DNA of 64,000 nucleotides from Promethearchaeia archaeon. Lineage in GTDB: Archaea; Asgardarchaeota; Lokiarchaeia; Sigyniarchaeales; SOKP01. The stretch spans positions 21,514-85,513 of the forward strand of contig JAHQWJ010000136.1 of NCBI GenBank assembly GCA_029856125.1, read 5' to 3'. Position numbers and translations under genes: made by a program. Each line of letters opens with the position of its first letter. Position 1 is the stretch's first letter. A model generated the notes under the pieces. The model did no database searches and had not been told where the DNA came from. It worked only from the letters and a program-made list of their open reading frames with translations. Of the stretch, positions 39,671-50,197 are shown in pieces.

Positions 39671-39967
39671 TTATTCAATTTTTACGGAGCTTATAAATCC
39701 ATAGAGTATAGCGTCAATAATATCTTCCTCTTGGATATTTACAGATAACCTCCTATCTGCCACAATAATTGTTGGTAACGAAGTAATCTTATATTCATTG
39801 GTTAATTGGTAATTTTTTCCTACATCAATTTTTTCTATATACAATTTTTTTCCAAACATAGAAATATTTATTCTCTTTAACATCTGCTCAATTGGGAGGC
39901 ACGGGCCGCAATGGGAAGAAGAAAAAAATAAAATTTTCGGATAACCTTGCTGAAACTCTTCTAACAT
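39671..39967 (-). CDS. Thioredoxin-fold protein
   Basis: CGPC active site; ID......Y.I.SLPT with the cis-Pro motif. Confidence 0.85.
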   Translation of the reverse strand: MLEEFQQGYPKILFFSSSHCGPCLPIEQMLKRINISMFGKKLYIEKIDVGKNYQLTNEYKITSLPTIIVADRRLSVNIQEEDIIDAILYGFISSVKIE

Positions 39968-40004
39968 ACATCACCTATATGTGCCTAAAAATCCTTTTTC
40001 TAAT

Positions 40005-40550
40005 TTATTGATCCTTGTATTTTTCATAAAGGTCTTTAATTATCGCTTGAAACGCTTCATATACACCGTTCCCCGTTTTTGCGCTGGTATTGTAGTATCC
40101 AAGAAAATCTCTTTTATCAACAATCTCTTCTACTTTACTCTTATTTAGTTCGTCATTAACTAAATCGATTTTATTTCCAAATAATACGATTGGAATATTT
40201 CCACAATATTTCTTAATATCTTCATGCCATTCTGAAATATGCTTAAAACTGTTATCAATTTCTTTTGGAGCATGAGAAAAAACTATAATTGCGGCTTTGC
40301 TACCCTTGTAAAAAGTAGGTCTCATGAATGAGAACTCAGCTTGACCAGCAATGTCCCAAAAAAATAATTTCACTGCGCTATTTCCTATTTTTTCATCATA
40401 TTTAGAGAATTGTGCTCCTAATGTCTTGATGTACTCTTTCTTAAAACTCCCTTTAGTATATTTTTTTATTAAGGATGTTTTACCTACACCACCATCTCCA
40501 ATTACAGTTATTTTGAAAACGAAATCTTTCCTCTCATCCCTTTCACTCAT
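40005..40550 (-). CDS. Rab/Ras-like small GTPase
   Basis: GDGGVGKT, YIKTLG, WDIAGQ, NKID, TSAK. Confidence 0.95.
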   Translation of the reverse strand: MSERDERKDFVFKITVIGDGGVGKTSLIKKYTKGSFKKEYIKTLGAQFSKYDEKIGNSAVKLFFWDIAGQAEFSFMRPTFYKGSKAAIIVFSHAPKEIDNSFKHISEWHEDIKKYCGNIPIVLFGNKIDLVNDELNKSKVEEIVDKRDFLGYYNTSAKTGNGVYEAFQAIIKDLYEKYKDQ

Positions 40551-40732
40551 AAAATCACATTATAGTTCTAACTTGAATGTCTTTGTAATTTCTTTTACTT
40601 CTTAAGAATATAAATTATAAATAGTCTTTTTTATTTATATTGCTTTTTATTATTAAATGAATTCCTATAAATTGTCCAAAATTTTAAAATATTAACCAGA
40701 TAAAATATTAATTAAAATGTGATAGATTACTA

Positions 40733-41209
40733 ATGGATTTCTTAGAAAAAATCAAAGACATTATTACTAAATTTACAACTAGAGAAATTACCTTAGCTAT
40801 TGCTGAATCTTGTACAGGAGGGTATATTTCGAATATGTTTACCAATATATCTGGCGCTTCTAAAGTTTTTGAGAGGGGAATAATATGTTATAGTAATGCA
40901 TCTAAAGTTGCACTATTGAATATTGATCCTGAAAGCATAAATCAGCATGGAGCCGTATCGGAAACGGTAGCAAAGCAATTGGCGAATAATATTAGAGTCC
41001 TCTCCAATGTCGACATAGGAATTGGGATTACTGGTATCGCAGGACCTACGGGTGGCACGCCTGAGAAACCTGTGGGGATAGCCTATATAGGGATTTCAAC
41101 TATCGATGAAATCTTCGTGGAGAAACATCATTTTGATGTAGATCGGGTAACTTTTAAGGTTAAAATATTAGAAAAAATCCTTTTACTTTTACAGAATTTC
41201 ATGAAATAA
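40733..41209 (+). CDS. CinA C-terminal / NMN amidohydrolase (PncC family)
   Basis: AESCTGG, GAS, HGAVS, ITGIAGPTGGT.EKPVG. Confidence 0.9.
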   Translation: MDFLEKIKDIITKFTTREITLAIAESCTGGYISNMFTNISGASKVFERGIICYSNASKVALLNIDPESINQHGAVSETVAKQLANNIRVLSNVDIGIGITGIAGPTGGTPEKPVGIAYIGISTIDEIFVEKHHFDVDRVTFKVKILEKILLLLQNFMK

Positions 41210-41335
41210 CTCATCGATACTCGTTCTATCTTCTTATTATTGTATAAAATGAAGTATTTTTCGTGAACAAAACCTTTTTCTTTAAATATCGAAAACCTAA
41301 AAATAATGTATGTCTATTCTGGTTAGAAACAAAGT

Positions 41336-42589
41336 GTGAAGGTCCTTTCGATGAATGTGAAAAAGACTTATGGAATATTTTTCTTAGTATATTTTACTTG
41401 GGGAGTATTTGAAGCGTATTTTGGTTTATACCTTCCGTTGTATTATTACGAGATTTTAGCTGTTAATCGAAACAATTTAGCATTCACCCAATTTTTTGGG
41501 TATCTTTCGTTAATAATAACGCCCCTTATTGCCTATGTTTTTGATGCACATATAGAATCTGAACGAAATCATAAAATCTTTGTATATCTCTTCGCTATTT
41601 TGCTATGTTCGTGCTTCTCAATTTTTCTTATAAATAAAAACATCCTATTATTGTATGGAATTTTTTTGGCAGTATATTTTCTTTGCAGGATGTTTATTGG
41701 CACAATTATGAGTAAGATTTACCTCACACTTAGCGTGGAATCGCCAAAAATTAAACACCCTATGATATTAATTATAAACGGAGCAAAAGGCGTTAGTTTT
41801 CTTATAATATCTTTATTTTTCGATTCTATTATTAAAAACGTCTACTCTTTACCGCAATGGGAATTGTTCTTCATGATCGGTTGGATATTGACGCTACCAT
41901 TGCTCTCTGTAGTTCTGTTTTTGAGAAATTACACCATATTCAGCGATCAAAGTTCACCAAATAGAAATAACGATATTGAAAGTAAAAATAGTAAAAAAAA
42001 GAACCAGAAAAGGGTTTTTTGTTTTGCAATTTTCTTATACATCGCTTTCTTTTTAGCGTCCTCAGATTTATTCTTTTTATCGTTAATTAGTTCGTGGGTT
42101 TTAACAAGATATAATGAGTTTTCGTTACGAATTTTCTTTAACTTCTATTATGTGATAACGATATGTTCTCTTCTTGGGTATTACTTTGCTTCAAAAATCG
42201 CTAAAAGGATAAGCAATATGCTACTTTTCTTTGTTTCTTGTTGCTTCTATTTATTTTTCATTATTCTCTTACCGCTCTCAAATTTCCCAATTTTTTTAGT
42301 GATTCAATGTGGTCTTGCATTTACAGGTTATATTGCTAATTATTTTTACATATCTATCGCTCAAACGATTTCAGTGAACGCGCGATATAAAACTGTTGTG
42401 TATCAGCTATTATTAATGTCCCAATCAATCGCAAGAATTGTTTTCACTCCCATAGGAACATCGTTATCTGCTTTTATCAGCGTGGAAAGCTTAATTTTTT
42501 TCTCTTCAATCTTATTTGCCCTTTCTTGCGGAATTCAGTTAATTCTCGTGTTGGTAAATAAAATCAAGCACTTTAAAGAATTTAGGTAA
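41336..42589 (+). CDS. MFS-type transporter (divergent)
   Basis: About 12 hydrophobic segments in 6+6 arrangement with a central hydrophilic loop. Confidence 0.7.
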   Translation: MKVLSMNVKKTYGIFFLVYFTWGVFEAYFGLYLPLYYYEILAVNRNNLAFTQFFGYLSLIITPLIAYVFDAHIESERNHKIFVYLFAILLCSCFSIFLINKNILLLYGIFLAVYFLCRMFIGTIMSKIYLTLSVESPKIKHPMILIINGAKGVSFLIISLFFDSIIKNVYSLPQWELFFMIGWILTLPLLSVVLFLRNYTIFSDQSSPNRNNDIESKNSKKKNQKRVFCFAIFLYIAFFLASSDLFFLSLISSWVLTRYNEFSLRIFFNFYYVITICSLLGYYFASKIAKRISNMLLFFVSCCFYLFFIILLPLSNFPIFLVIQCGLAFTGYIANYFYISIAQTISVNARYKTVVYQLLLMSQSIARIVFTPIGTSLSAFISVESLIFFSSILFALSCGIQLILVLVNKIKHFKEFR

Positions 42590-42684
42590 TCGTTTTTTTC
42601 TTTTACTGAATATATGATGTGCATTACTTGGTTTCATTAAGCCAAACACAATGTCCTTTAATACTAGAAAACTTGATCAAAGAC

Positions 42685-42881
42685 TAAATGTTTGCATCCT
42701 TCTTACAAAAAAAAGAAAAATAAGGTTTTCCCTATTAGAGTTATGCGATAACTCCAAATACGGGAGAACAATTTTCGATATAACTATTCCAGTAAACATT
42801 CGCATCCTCCTTACAAAAAAAGAAAAATGCGGTTTTCCCGTTTAGAGTTATGAAATAACTCCAAAAACGGGAGAACAATTT
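42685..42881. repeat. Two imperfect ~89-bp direct repeats (period ~108 bp), each containing a long hairpin
   Basis: GCATCCT.CTTACAAAAAAAGAAAAAT..GGTTTTCCC..TTAGAGTTATG..ATAACTCCAAA.ACGGGAGAACAATTT occurs twice. Confidence 0.85.
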
Positions 42882-43322
42882 AGGGAATTGTATCACAATT
42901 TGCTGGCATTTTAGCATTACCTCAACAAAAATATTGTTATAGTAAACTTGCGACGAATAAAATCGTTCTTAATACTAATAACGATTCTATAAACCTTTTC
43001 TATAACAACTCTATTTCAGAAACTTTATATTTAAACGCAAAGAAAAGAAAATGAGATATATGAGTAGTTTAAATAGTTAAAAAAAAAAGGAAGCAAGTAT
43101 AAAACTTGAAAATTAACAACATTACAAAAATTTATTCTAAATTTTCAAAGATGTTAAATGAGAAAGCTAAATGTTGATTTTTTACTCGATAATCCAGTAG
43201 AAAGATTGGTAGAAAACATCGATTCTTTTTTTAATGAATTACTTCAAGAAATTAAATCGTATCTCAATTTAGAACAAATTAATTTGAATTGATATATCCA
43301 TTAAGGACGAACAGAAGATTGA

Positions 43323-44507
43323 TTATAAAACTAATTTGCCTTTTTCCATTATTTGTTTTTTTGTTCCATTTTTGTATTCTACCGTAATATTAGCCTGCGG
43401 AGCCGTAACAAAATCCCAATGCAGTTGAGAAACTGAAGTGCCTCCCATCATTTTATTTGAACCAAACGCTAAATGTACGCTTCCATTGATCTTCTCGTCC
43501 GTTAATATATAGCCTATTGCTCTTGTTATTTCCGGATTGCACCCGATTCCTAATTCAGCAACATTATATGTCCGTATTTCAGGCAAATCGTTGTCCCTGT
43601 CTATCTTTTCACTATGTTTAAAAGTGTTAATTAAATCATTCAGGTTCTCATCAGCAGTAACCTCATCAATTAATAATTGTCCATTCTTAAATTTCAGATG
43701 TACATTTTTAATAATTTTATTACTAAGTCTATCTCTAGTTAAGGGACAAAAAAGAGTTCCTTCTCCCATTTTTTCGTGTGGAGGAAAGAACACCTCACCG
43801 GCGGGTAGGTTTCCCCCCAATAAACCTAAAGCGATCTGATCGTCTGTTAATAAACCGTCATCTTGAATTCCAGCACGATCTTGGATATTTACCCAAAATT
43901 CAGTTCCTAAATCATCTCTAACATAAACATTTTTTGCATTTTTAAAATTCTCACTTAATTTCACCGTAATTTCATTCATCGTCTCTTGAGGGATGCTTAT
44001 TCCACTAACAATGAATTTTTCTAATAATTCATACTCAATACCATAATATTTGGCAGCTTTCTTTGATGGCCACCCAGCATAGCACCATTTTTTACCAGGT
44101 GCGTATTCTTTTTTCATACCATAAAGAACATCCTTTATGGGTGCGAGGTATTTTATTTTTGCATTCAATTTATTTCTCGGTGCTCTGCTACGAACTCCAG
44201 GATCTTCATCTGTTTCAATTACTATATATGCATCAATATTCTCAATCAATTTTAAATAATGAAGAGGTGTAACCTCCAAAATTTCACTACTAATGCTGGA
44301 GTCTTGGAAAACAGCTTCCTTGTAGTCATCGCTAGTGGATGTGATTACAGGAATCCCATCATTTCTATAGACCTCTAATGCAATTTCTTCTAATAAGTCT
44401 TGAGCGTAAACTCCTCCTCTTATTAATACATTTTCGCCCTTCTTCTGAATATTTATAGCATTAACGATGTTTTTAGCGCACAATTTAATTTTCTCTTTAT
44501 CAACCAT
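43323..44507 (-). CDS. Aminopeptidase, M29 (AmpS/PepS) family
   Basis: NLPAGEVF, AELGIG, TDEK..G.VHLAFG, SQLHWDFV. ATG at 44507. Confidence 0.9.
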   Translation of the reverse strand: MVDKEKIKLCAKNIVNAINIQKKGENVLIRGGVYAQDLLEEIALEVYRNDGIPVITSTSDDYKEAVFQDSSISSEILEVTPLHYLKLIENIDAYIVIETDEDPGVRSRAPRNKLNAKIKYLAPIKDVLYGMKKEYAPGKKWCYAGWPSKKAAKYYGIEYELLEKFIVSGISIPQETMNEITVKLSENFKNAKNVYVRDDLGTEFWVNIQDRAGIQDDGLLTDDQIALGLLGGNLPAGEVFFPPHEKMGEGTLFCPLTRDRLSNKIIKNVHLKFKNGQLLIDEVTADENLNDLINTFKHSEKIDRDNDLPEIRTYNVAELGIGCNPEITRAIGYILTDEKINGSVHLAFGSNKMMGGTSVSQLHWDFVTAPQANITVEYKNGTKKQIMEKGKLVL

Positions 44508-44744
44508 ATTTGAATATATTTTCGTTCTAATATTAATTTTAAACTTCCTAAAAAATACCAAAATAATATTTTTAGTTTTCTTCTTTATTCTCTATCATTA
44601 CTAATGATAAGCTTAAAACAAGAAAAAATATCTATAACAGCATTAGATTTATTACAAAGAATTGTTTTAAATAAAATATCTAGAGGTGTATATTCTTAAT
44701 GACACCAAAACCCATTGCGCATTAACAAAATTTATTGTAGAATT

Positions 44745-45209
44745 ATGGTAATTCGAGAAGTAGGTTTATTATTTAGGGGTTTTACTTTAGTAAAGAAAAG
44801 TTACCATAAAACTACCTTAGGAAAAATAGATTCTGATTTAAGAAGTGGTTTGCTCACCGCTCTCTTAAATTTTGCTGAAACCGCATTTTCTACGGGGTCT
44901 GTTGAATACTTTCAAGGCAATAGATTTACAATCGCTTTCATAAACGCAAAGATCTTAGCAGATGACAGCGTTGAACCTGAATTATTAATCTCTTATGCTA
45001 TTATAGATAAACAAAAAAGGATTGATAAATATGTGAATAAATTAGTCAATCCGCTATTAATTAAGGTTGTGGAGAATTTTAAAGCACAGTACGAAGGTAA
45101 AAATCTATCTGAAGTATCTCAGTTCAAAATTTTTAAAAAAACCCTAGATATTATTTTCGGATCGAATACCAAAAAAGTTGATCAGAAGCTAGATGGTTTG
45201 TTTTATTAG
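44745..45209 (+). CDS. Longin-like domain protein
   Basis: IREVGLLFRGFTLVKKSY...DSDLRSGLLTALLNFAE..F pattern. Confidence 0.55.
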   Translation: MVIREVGLLFRGFTLVKKSYHKTTLGKIDSDLRSGLLTALLNFAETAFSTGSVEYFQGNRFTIAFINAKILADDSVEPELLISYAIIDKQKRIDKYVNKLVNPLLIKVVENFKAQYEGKNLSEVSQFKIFKKTLDIIFGSNTKKVDQKLDGLFY

Positions 45210-45243
45210 ATGTAATCGATATTTTTGAAGTAAAGAATCAATT

Positions 45244-46188
45244 TTATAATAAGCTTTTCTTTAAAAACCATAACATTATAGGTAGAGCGATAGTTGCGTC
45301 TGAAATAATCGTAGAAAATTTTGCGTTTTGATTTATCTTTCCCCAAGAAATTGCTTCATGTAAAGTCGCTCCACTAAGACCACCCTGTTCTGGTCGATCC
45401 ATTGTTATCTGAATCGCATATTGAGCAGAGTTTGGGCAGAATTGAAGCGATTGCAGAATAAAATTTTTAGGCACCCCCCCGCCAACAATGCAAACGCCTG
45501 CATGTTTTGCATCCCAAGCCAAGTTAACCATAGTAAGCATGTCTTTAAAGTGATTAAGGTTTAAATTTTGATGGTGGAAACCTAGTTGAAGTGCTAAACC
45601 GGAGTCAGTAAATGCAGGACAAAAAATTGGAACGTTTTTTTCTGCACAAATTTTTAAAATGGAGTTATTATCTGGGGGTAGATTATCGCCAAGGTACTTT
45701 AAAAAAGAACTAACCGACATATCATTATTAGGAATTTTCAGCTGGGATAGAAAATCTTCGATACCCTCGTAAACTTTATTTGGTAAGTATACGTCGTAGA
45801 TTCTATTAAGAGCTTGGTCGTGCAACTCAGAATCACTAACATCTTTAACGTTTAGTTCTCCTTGCAAATGGTGAAAACCAAGAGTTTCAGCTATATCGTG
45901 AGTCAAGGAAGCACCTGTAGTAACAAGTATATCAATGTAACCCGCTTCTATAAAATCGTGAATAACTTTCTGCATCCCTGCTGGTACTATTGCCCCAGCA
46001 AGTCCAAAGAATTTAACGCAATCTTCATTTCTAATCATTTCCTTATAAATTTCGCACGCAACAGCTAATCTCTTTGCGTTAAATCCGGTGTTTCCTAAAG
46101 ATTGAATAAATGTAGTGATGTCTACATTCTCGTCTACATTAATTTGCTCTACTTCTTTCAGTTTCTTTTTCAATTCATCAGCTGGCAT
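45244..46188 (-). CDS. dys: Deoxyhypusine synthase
   Basis: GFNA, TTGA.LTHD, FCPAFTDS, GGGVPKNF, GGLSGA...EAISWGK, DATIALP. Confidence 0.93.
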   Translation of the reverse strand: MPADELKKKLKEVEQINVDENVDITTFIQSLGNTGFNAKRLAVACEIYKEMIRNEDCVKFFGLAGAIVPAGMQKVIHDFIEAGYIDILVTTGASLTHDIAETLGFHHLQGELNVKDVSDSELHDQALNRIYDVYLPNKVYEGIEDFLSQLKIPNNDMSVSSFLKYLGDNLPPDNNSILKICAEKNVPIFCPAFTDSGLALQLGFHHQNLNLNHFKDMLTMVNLAWDAKHAGVCIVGGGVPKNFILQSLQFCPNSAQYAIQITMDRPEQGGLSGATLHEAISWGKINQNAKFSTIISDATIALPIMLWFLKKSLL

Positions 46189-47101
46189 TTTCTTCAACTC
46201 CTTTGTTGCTTAAAATAAAATACATTAATTCTATTATTATTTTTGCTGCCACATTTAATGTTATATTGTTGGGTAAATCTAAGCAAGGTGAAACTTCAAC
46301 GATATCAAAACCAATTATATTGATATTTTTTGCGACTTTTCTGAGGATTTTCCATACTTCACGATAAGTAAAACCTCCAGGAATAGCATAACCTGTTCCC
46401 GGTGCAATAGATGGATCAAATGCATCTATATCAATCGAAATATATAAGTCCTTTATATCAGATTTTTCAAAAAATTCAATAATCTTCTCTGTGAATAAAT
46501 TTACACCTATATCATGAAGCACATAAGCGTTAAAATAGGTAATTTCGTTAGTTTTTGCGATTTTTAATTCAGGAATATCAATATCCCTTGTTCCTATAAT
46601 TAATAAGTTTTTATTTGAGATAAACTTTAGACTATGGATGAGGTGGGAAACAGTTGCATGAGAATAGGCGCTTTCCTGATATGTTCCGTACAAATCGAGA
46701 TGAGCATCTAAGATAAGGACTCCTAACTTCTTGGGATTTCTAATAGAGTCTCCTATTGCCTTTATAACGGGATAAGTACAAAAATGATCACCTCCAATCA
46801 TTACTGGAATTATATCCCTTTTTTTATCAAATAATGATTTAACAAAATCATTAATTTTTAGGATATTCGTTTCAATATTATTGGTATCAATCAAAACATT
46901 TCCAGCGTCTACAAACTTTAACTTTGGTATTTCAAATCCCAATTCTGTTGTTAAAGCTAAGTTTTCTGAAATTCTCCGTATTTTTTGAGGTGATTTGGAA
47001 GAATTTGTGCTTTCAATTGAAGTTAAATCGTCCCAAGGAATTCCAAAAAATACAAAGTTCGTATCATTTTCAATGATCTCACCAGAATCAAAAAAATTCA
47101 C
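46178..47101 (-). CDS. speB: Agmatinase (ureohydrolase family)
   Basis: GGDH, DAHLD, SH, SIDIDAFDP..APGTG, DIVEV. Confidence 0.85.
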   Translation of the reverse strand: MNFFDSGEIIENDTNFVFFGIPWDDLTSIESTNSSKSPQKIRRISENLALTTELGFEIPKLKFVDAGNVLIDTNNIETNILKINDFVKSLFDKKRDIIPVMIGGDHFCTYPVIKAIGDSIRNPKKLGVLILDAHLDLYGTYQESAYSHATVSHLIHSLKFISNKNLLIIGTRDIDIPELKIAKTNEITYFNAYVLHDIGVNLFTEKIIEFFEKSDIKDLYISIDIDAFDPSIAPGTGYAIPGGFTYREVWKILRKVAKNINIIGFDIVEVSPCLDLPNNITLNVAAKIIIELMYFILSNKGVEENAS

Positions 47102-47125
47102 TGTTTATACCTCTTTCTTAATAAA

Positions 47126-48841
47126 TTACATTTGGTCCAAAACTTCTATACCCAAGATTTGTAAACCAATCTTGATTACGATTTGAACGCATTTAATTAA
47201 TAATAATCTCGCTTTTTCTAATTCCTCATCACTTGATAATACCTGACAGGAAGAATAAAACGAATTGAACGCCTGGCACAAGGTTAAAAGATATTGAGGA
47301 ATTTGGTGAATAGAATAATTTTTTCTAACCGAGTTCAATATTTCGGGGAAGTAGTTAAGTTGCTTAACCAAAGTTAGCTCCTTTTCGTGGTTAATTAAAT
47401 CCCATTTTATGTTTAAATTGATTGCTTTTTTCGATTTAGTTATGATCGATTCAATTCTAGCATAACAATACTGAATGTAAGGACCAGTCTCGCCTTCAAA
47501 TGAGATGCTCTCTTTAGGGTTGAAAACAAAATCAGATTTAGGATTAAATTTAAGAATAAAAAAAGCCAATGCGGCCATTCCGATTGCGGTAGCTCTTTTC
47601 TTTTTTAATTTTTCTGAAAGTTCAGGATATCTTTTATTTACTTCCTTATAAGCTAAAGATTGCATTTTCTCGATGATATTATCGGCATCAACTATAGTTC
47701 CTTCCCTACTTTTCATTTTTCCTTCAGGTAAATAAACCATACCATACGATAAATGAAATTTATCTTCTTTAAAACCTATCATGTCTAAAACAGTAAATAA
47801 CTGCTTGAAATAGAGGTCCTGTTCGTTTGCAACTACATATATAGATTTGTCATAATCGAAGTCTTCCTTTTTTTGATAAGCTAAGTAGATATCCTGGGTT
47901 ATATATAGTGAAGTTCCGTCTTTCCTCATAAGGACCTTATCTGGCAAATTAAATTTTTCTTTCAGATGAGCAATAATCGCTCCGTTATCAGTCTTATGAA
48001 AAATACCACTCTCCAAACCCTCTAAAACCTTTTCTTTACCCATCCAATATATCTCAGACTCAAAATATTCTTTATCGAACGATATTTTTAGTGATTTGTA
48101 AGTTTCTTTAAACCCCTCGAGTGCCCAAAAATTCATTTTCTTCCAGAGCTCTCGAGTTTCAGCATCGTCTTCTTCCCATAATCTTAAAAGATCGTATACT
48201 TCTTCTATTATTTTAGTATTTTTCTTTTCCATTTCATTATATTTAACGTAGAACGCCCCAACGAAGTGATCGGATTTGATATCCGGTTCCTTGTTATTAC
48301 CCCAGTTTTTGTAAGCATACATAGACTTACATATATGGATGCCTCTATCGTTGTTTAAGTTGACATCGAAAACAATATCACCTTTATATTTTAAAAATTT
48401 CGAAAGAGTCCTGCCCAACAACATATTTCGAATGTGTCCGAAATGGAGTGGTTTATTTGTATTTGGTGCGGGGTATTCTATTACTATTTTTGATGATTTT
48501 CTCTGATCTATACCAATCTCTTCATAAATTCTCCCATATTTTTCTTTTAGTGTAAAAATCTGCTCAAGAAGTGGTTGAGGTTTTATTTTAAAATTGAGGT
48601 AAGGACCATTTGCTTCTATGACTTCTAAATATTCTGGTAATTCTAACTTTTCTTCTAGTTCCTTGGAAATTAAGTTTGGTGATTTTTTCTTAACTTTAGC
48701 AAGTTGGAAACATGGAAATGCGTAACTATAATTTAAATCTTGAGGGGGTATTTCAATGAGATCTTTGATCTCTTGCTGCGTAAAGTTGGGGAGATAATTG
48801 CTTAAATACTCGGCAATTGTATTCTTATCGATTATAATCAT
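47126..48841 (-). CDS. argS: Arginine--tRNA ligase
   Basis: PNTNKPLHFGHIRN (HIGH), KMKSREG (KMSKS-like), FEGETGPYIQY, DALR anticodon domain. Confidence 0.96.
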   Translation of the reverse strand: MIIIDKNTIAEYLSNYLPNFTQQEIKDLIEIPPQDLNYSYAFPCFQLAKVKKKSPNLISKELEEKLELPEYLEVIEANGPYLNFKIKPQPLLEQIFTLKEKYGRIYEEIGIDQRKSSKIVIEYPAPNTNKPLHFGHIRNMLLGRTLSKFLKYKGDIVFDVNLNNDRGIHICKSMYAYKNWGNNKEPDIKSDHFVGAFYVKYNEMEKKNTKIIEEVYDLLRLWEEDDAETRELWKKMNFWALEGFKETYKSLKISFDKEYFESEIYWMGKEKVLEGLESGIFHKTDNGAIIAHLKEKFNLPDKVLMRKDGTSLYITQDIYLAYQKKEDFDYDKSIYVVANEQDLYFKQLFTVLDMIGFKEDKFHLSYGMVYLPEGKMKSREGTIVDADNIIEKMQSLAYKEVNKRYPELSEKLKKKRATAIGMAALAFFILKFNPKSDFVFNPKESISFEGETGPYIQYCYARIESIITKSKKAINLNIKWDLINHEKELTLVKQLNYFPEILNSVRKNYSIHQIPQYLLTLCQAFNSFYSSCQVLSSDEELEKARLLLIKCVQIVIKIGLQILGIEVLDQM

Positions 48842-48970
48842 TTTTTTTGGTTTAAGAGTATCATAAAATTCTAATTATTGCTGATTGTAACTTTTATCTG
48901 TTTTGTTAAATATATTTAGTTTAACTCATAAAATTTATGATAGTGAATTATTAAGACGGTTGATTTATTC

Positions 48971-50197
48971 ATGTCATTCAAACAAGAAGCTAGAAAATTT
49001 TATCCTAAATGGCCTATCTACAATGAAAAAGAGATAAACGCATTGACTGAAGTTATTAAATCTGGAGAATGGTGGTGTGGTGCTCCTGGTGCTCACCAAG
49101 GTAATAATGTTTGGGCTTTTCAAGAAGAATTTGCTCAGCTTCAAGGATCAAAATATTGCGTTGCAGTGTGTAATGGAACTGTTGCAATAGAAGCAGCTCT
49201 CATGGCATTAGATGTAGGATTAGGTGATGAGATAATTGTTTCTGATTACACTTTTGTAGCATCTGCATCTGCAGTTATAGCAACAAACGCCGTTCCCATA
49301 TTTTGTGACATAAATCCCAATACTCTCGTAATGGATGTGTATAAAGTTGAAGAACTTATAACTGAAAGAACTAAAGCAATTGTTCCAGTACATTTAGGGG
49401 GTAACCCGGTTAAGATGGACCACCTTATGGAGTTGGCATTGAAATATGATTTAAAGGTTGTCGAAGATTGTGCCCACGCTCATGGTTCAGATTTTAAAGA
49501 AAAAAAAGTAGGAAATTGGGGCGATGCCGGTACATTTAGCTTTCAAGCTTCAAAAGTTATAACAAGTGGAGAAGGGGGTGCTATCATATGTAATAATGGT
49601 GATCTAGCTAATGAAATTTATTCTTACATTGATTGTGGTAGGAAGAAAAACGAGTATTTCTATAAACACTTCTCTTATGGTACTAATTATAGGATGACAG
49701 AATATCAAGCAGCAATATTAAGAACTCAAATAAAAAAGTTCCCAGAGCAGCATAAACTTAGAAATCGGAATGCAAAATATCTTATGAGCGAACTCAATAA
49801 AATAGATGGGATAAAAACTATGGAACCTACGCTGGGTACGACTAACCTTGGTTGGTATGTTTTCCCCATAGTTTTTGATCCTGAGAAGTTCGGGGATCTC
49901 ACTAAATCAAAGTTTTATAATTTATTGAATGACACAGGCATACCTACTGACGATTGCTACCCTCCATTACATAGTTTAAATTGTTTTAAACATACTAATT
50001 TAAAAAAAGGTATTGATTATTCTAAAGCTAATTGGGGAGGAGAAAAAAGCAATGATGTACATTTTCCAATTGTTTCTGATGTTTATTCAAGAAGTATTGA
50101 ATTCCCTCAAGAAATGCTATTAGCTTCTAAGGAAAAACTGGATGATGTTATAGAATTTATAAAGTCTTTAAAGAATACTAACCTTAGTCAAGATTAA
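48971..50197 (+). CDS. DegT/DnrJ family aminotransferase
   Basis: CNGTVA, EDCAHAHG, FSFQASKVITSGEGG, GTNYRM. Confidence 0.92.
   Translation: MSFKQEARKFYPKWPIYNEKEINALTEVIKSGEWWCGAPGAHQGNNVWAFQEEFAQLQGSKYCVAVCNGTVAIEAALMALDVGLGDEIIVSDYTFVASASAVIATNAVPIFCDINPNTLVMDVYKVEELITERTKAIVPVHLGGNPVKMDHLMELALKYDLKVVEDCAHAHGSDFKEKKVGNWGDAGTFSFQASKVITSGEGGAIICNNGDLANEIYSYIDCGRKKNEYFYKHFSYGTNYRMTEYQAAILRTQIKKFPEQHKLRNRNAKYLMSELNKIDGIKTMEPTLGTTNLGWYVFPIVFDPEKFGDLTKSKFYNLLNDTGIPTDDCYPPLHSLNCFKHTNLKKGIDYSKANWGGEKSNDVHFPIVSDVYSRSIEFPQEMLLASKEKLDDVIEFIKSLKNTNLSQD

Noticed and set aside
42651-42845. 64-aa plus-strand ORF
   Set aside because: Simply a translation of the duplicated hairpin element; no coding features
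42685-42881. CRISPR array or SECIS elements
   Set aside because: Only two ~89-bp units and no cas genes; no clear SECIS core (AUGA/GA quartet) and no adjacent UGA-containing gene
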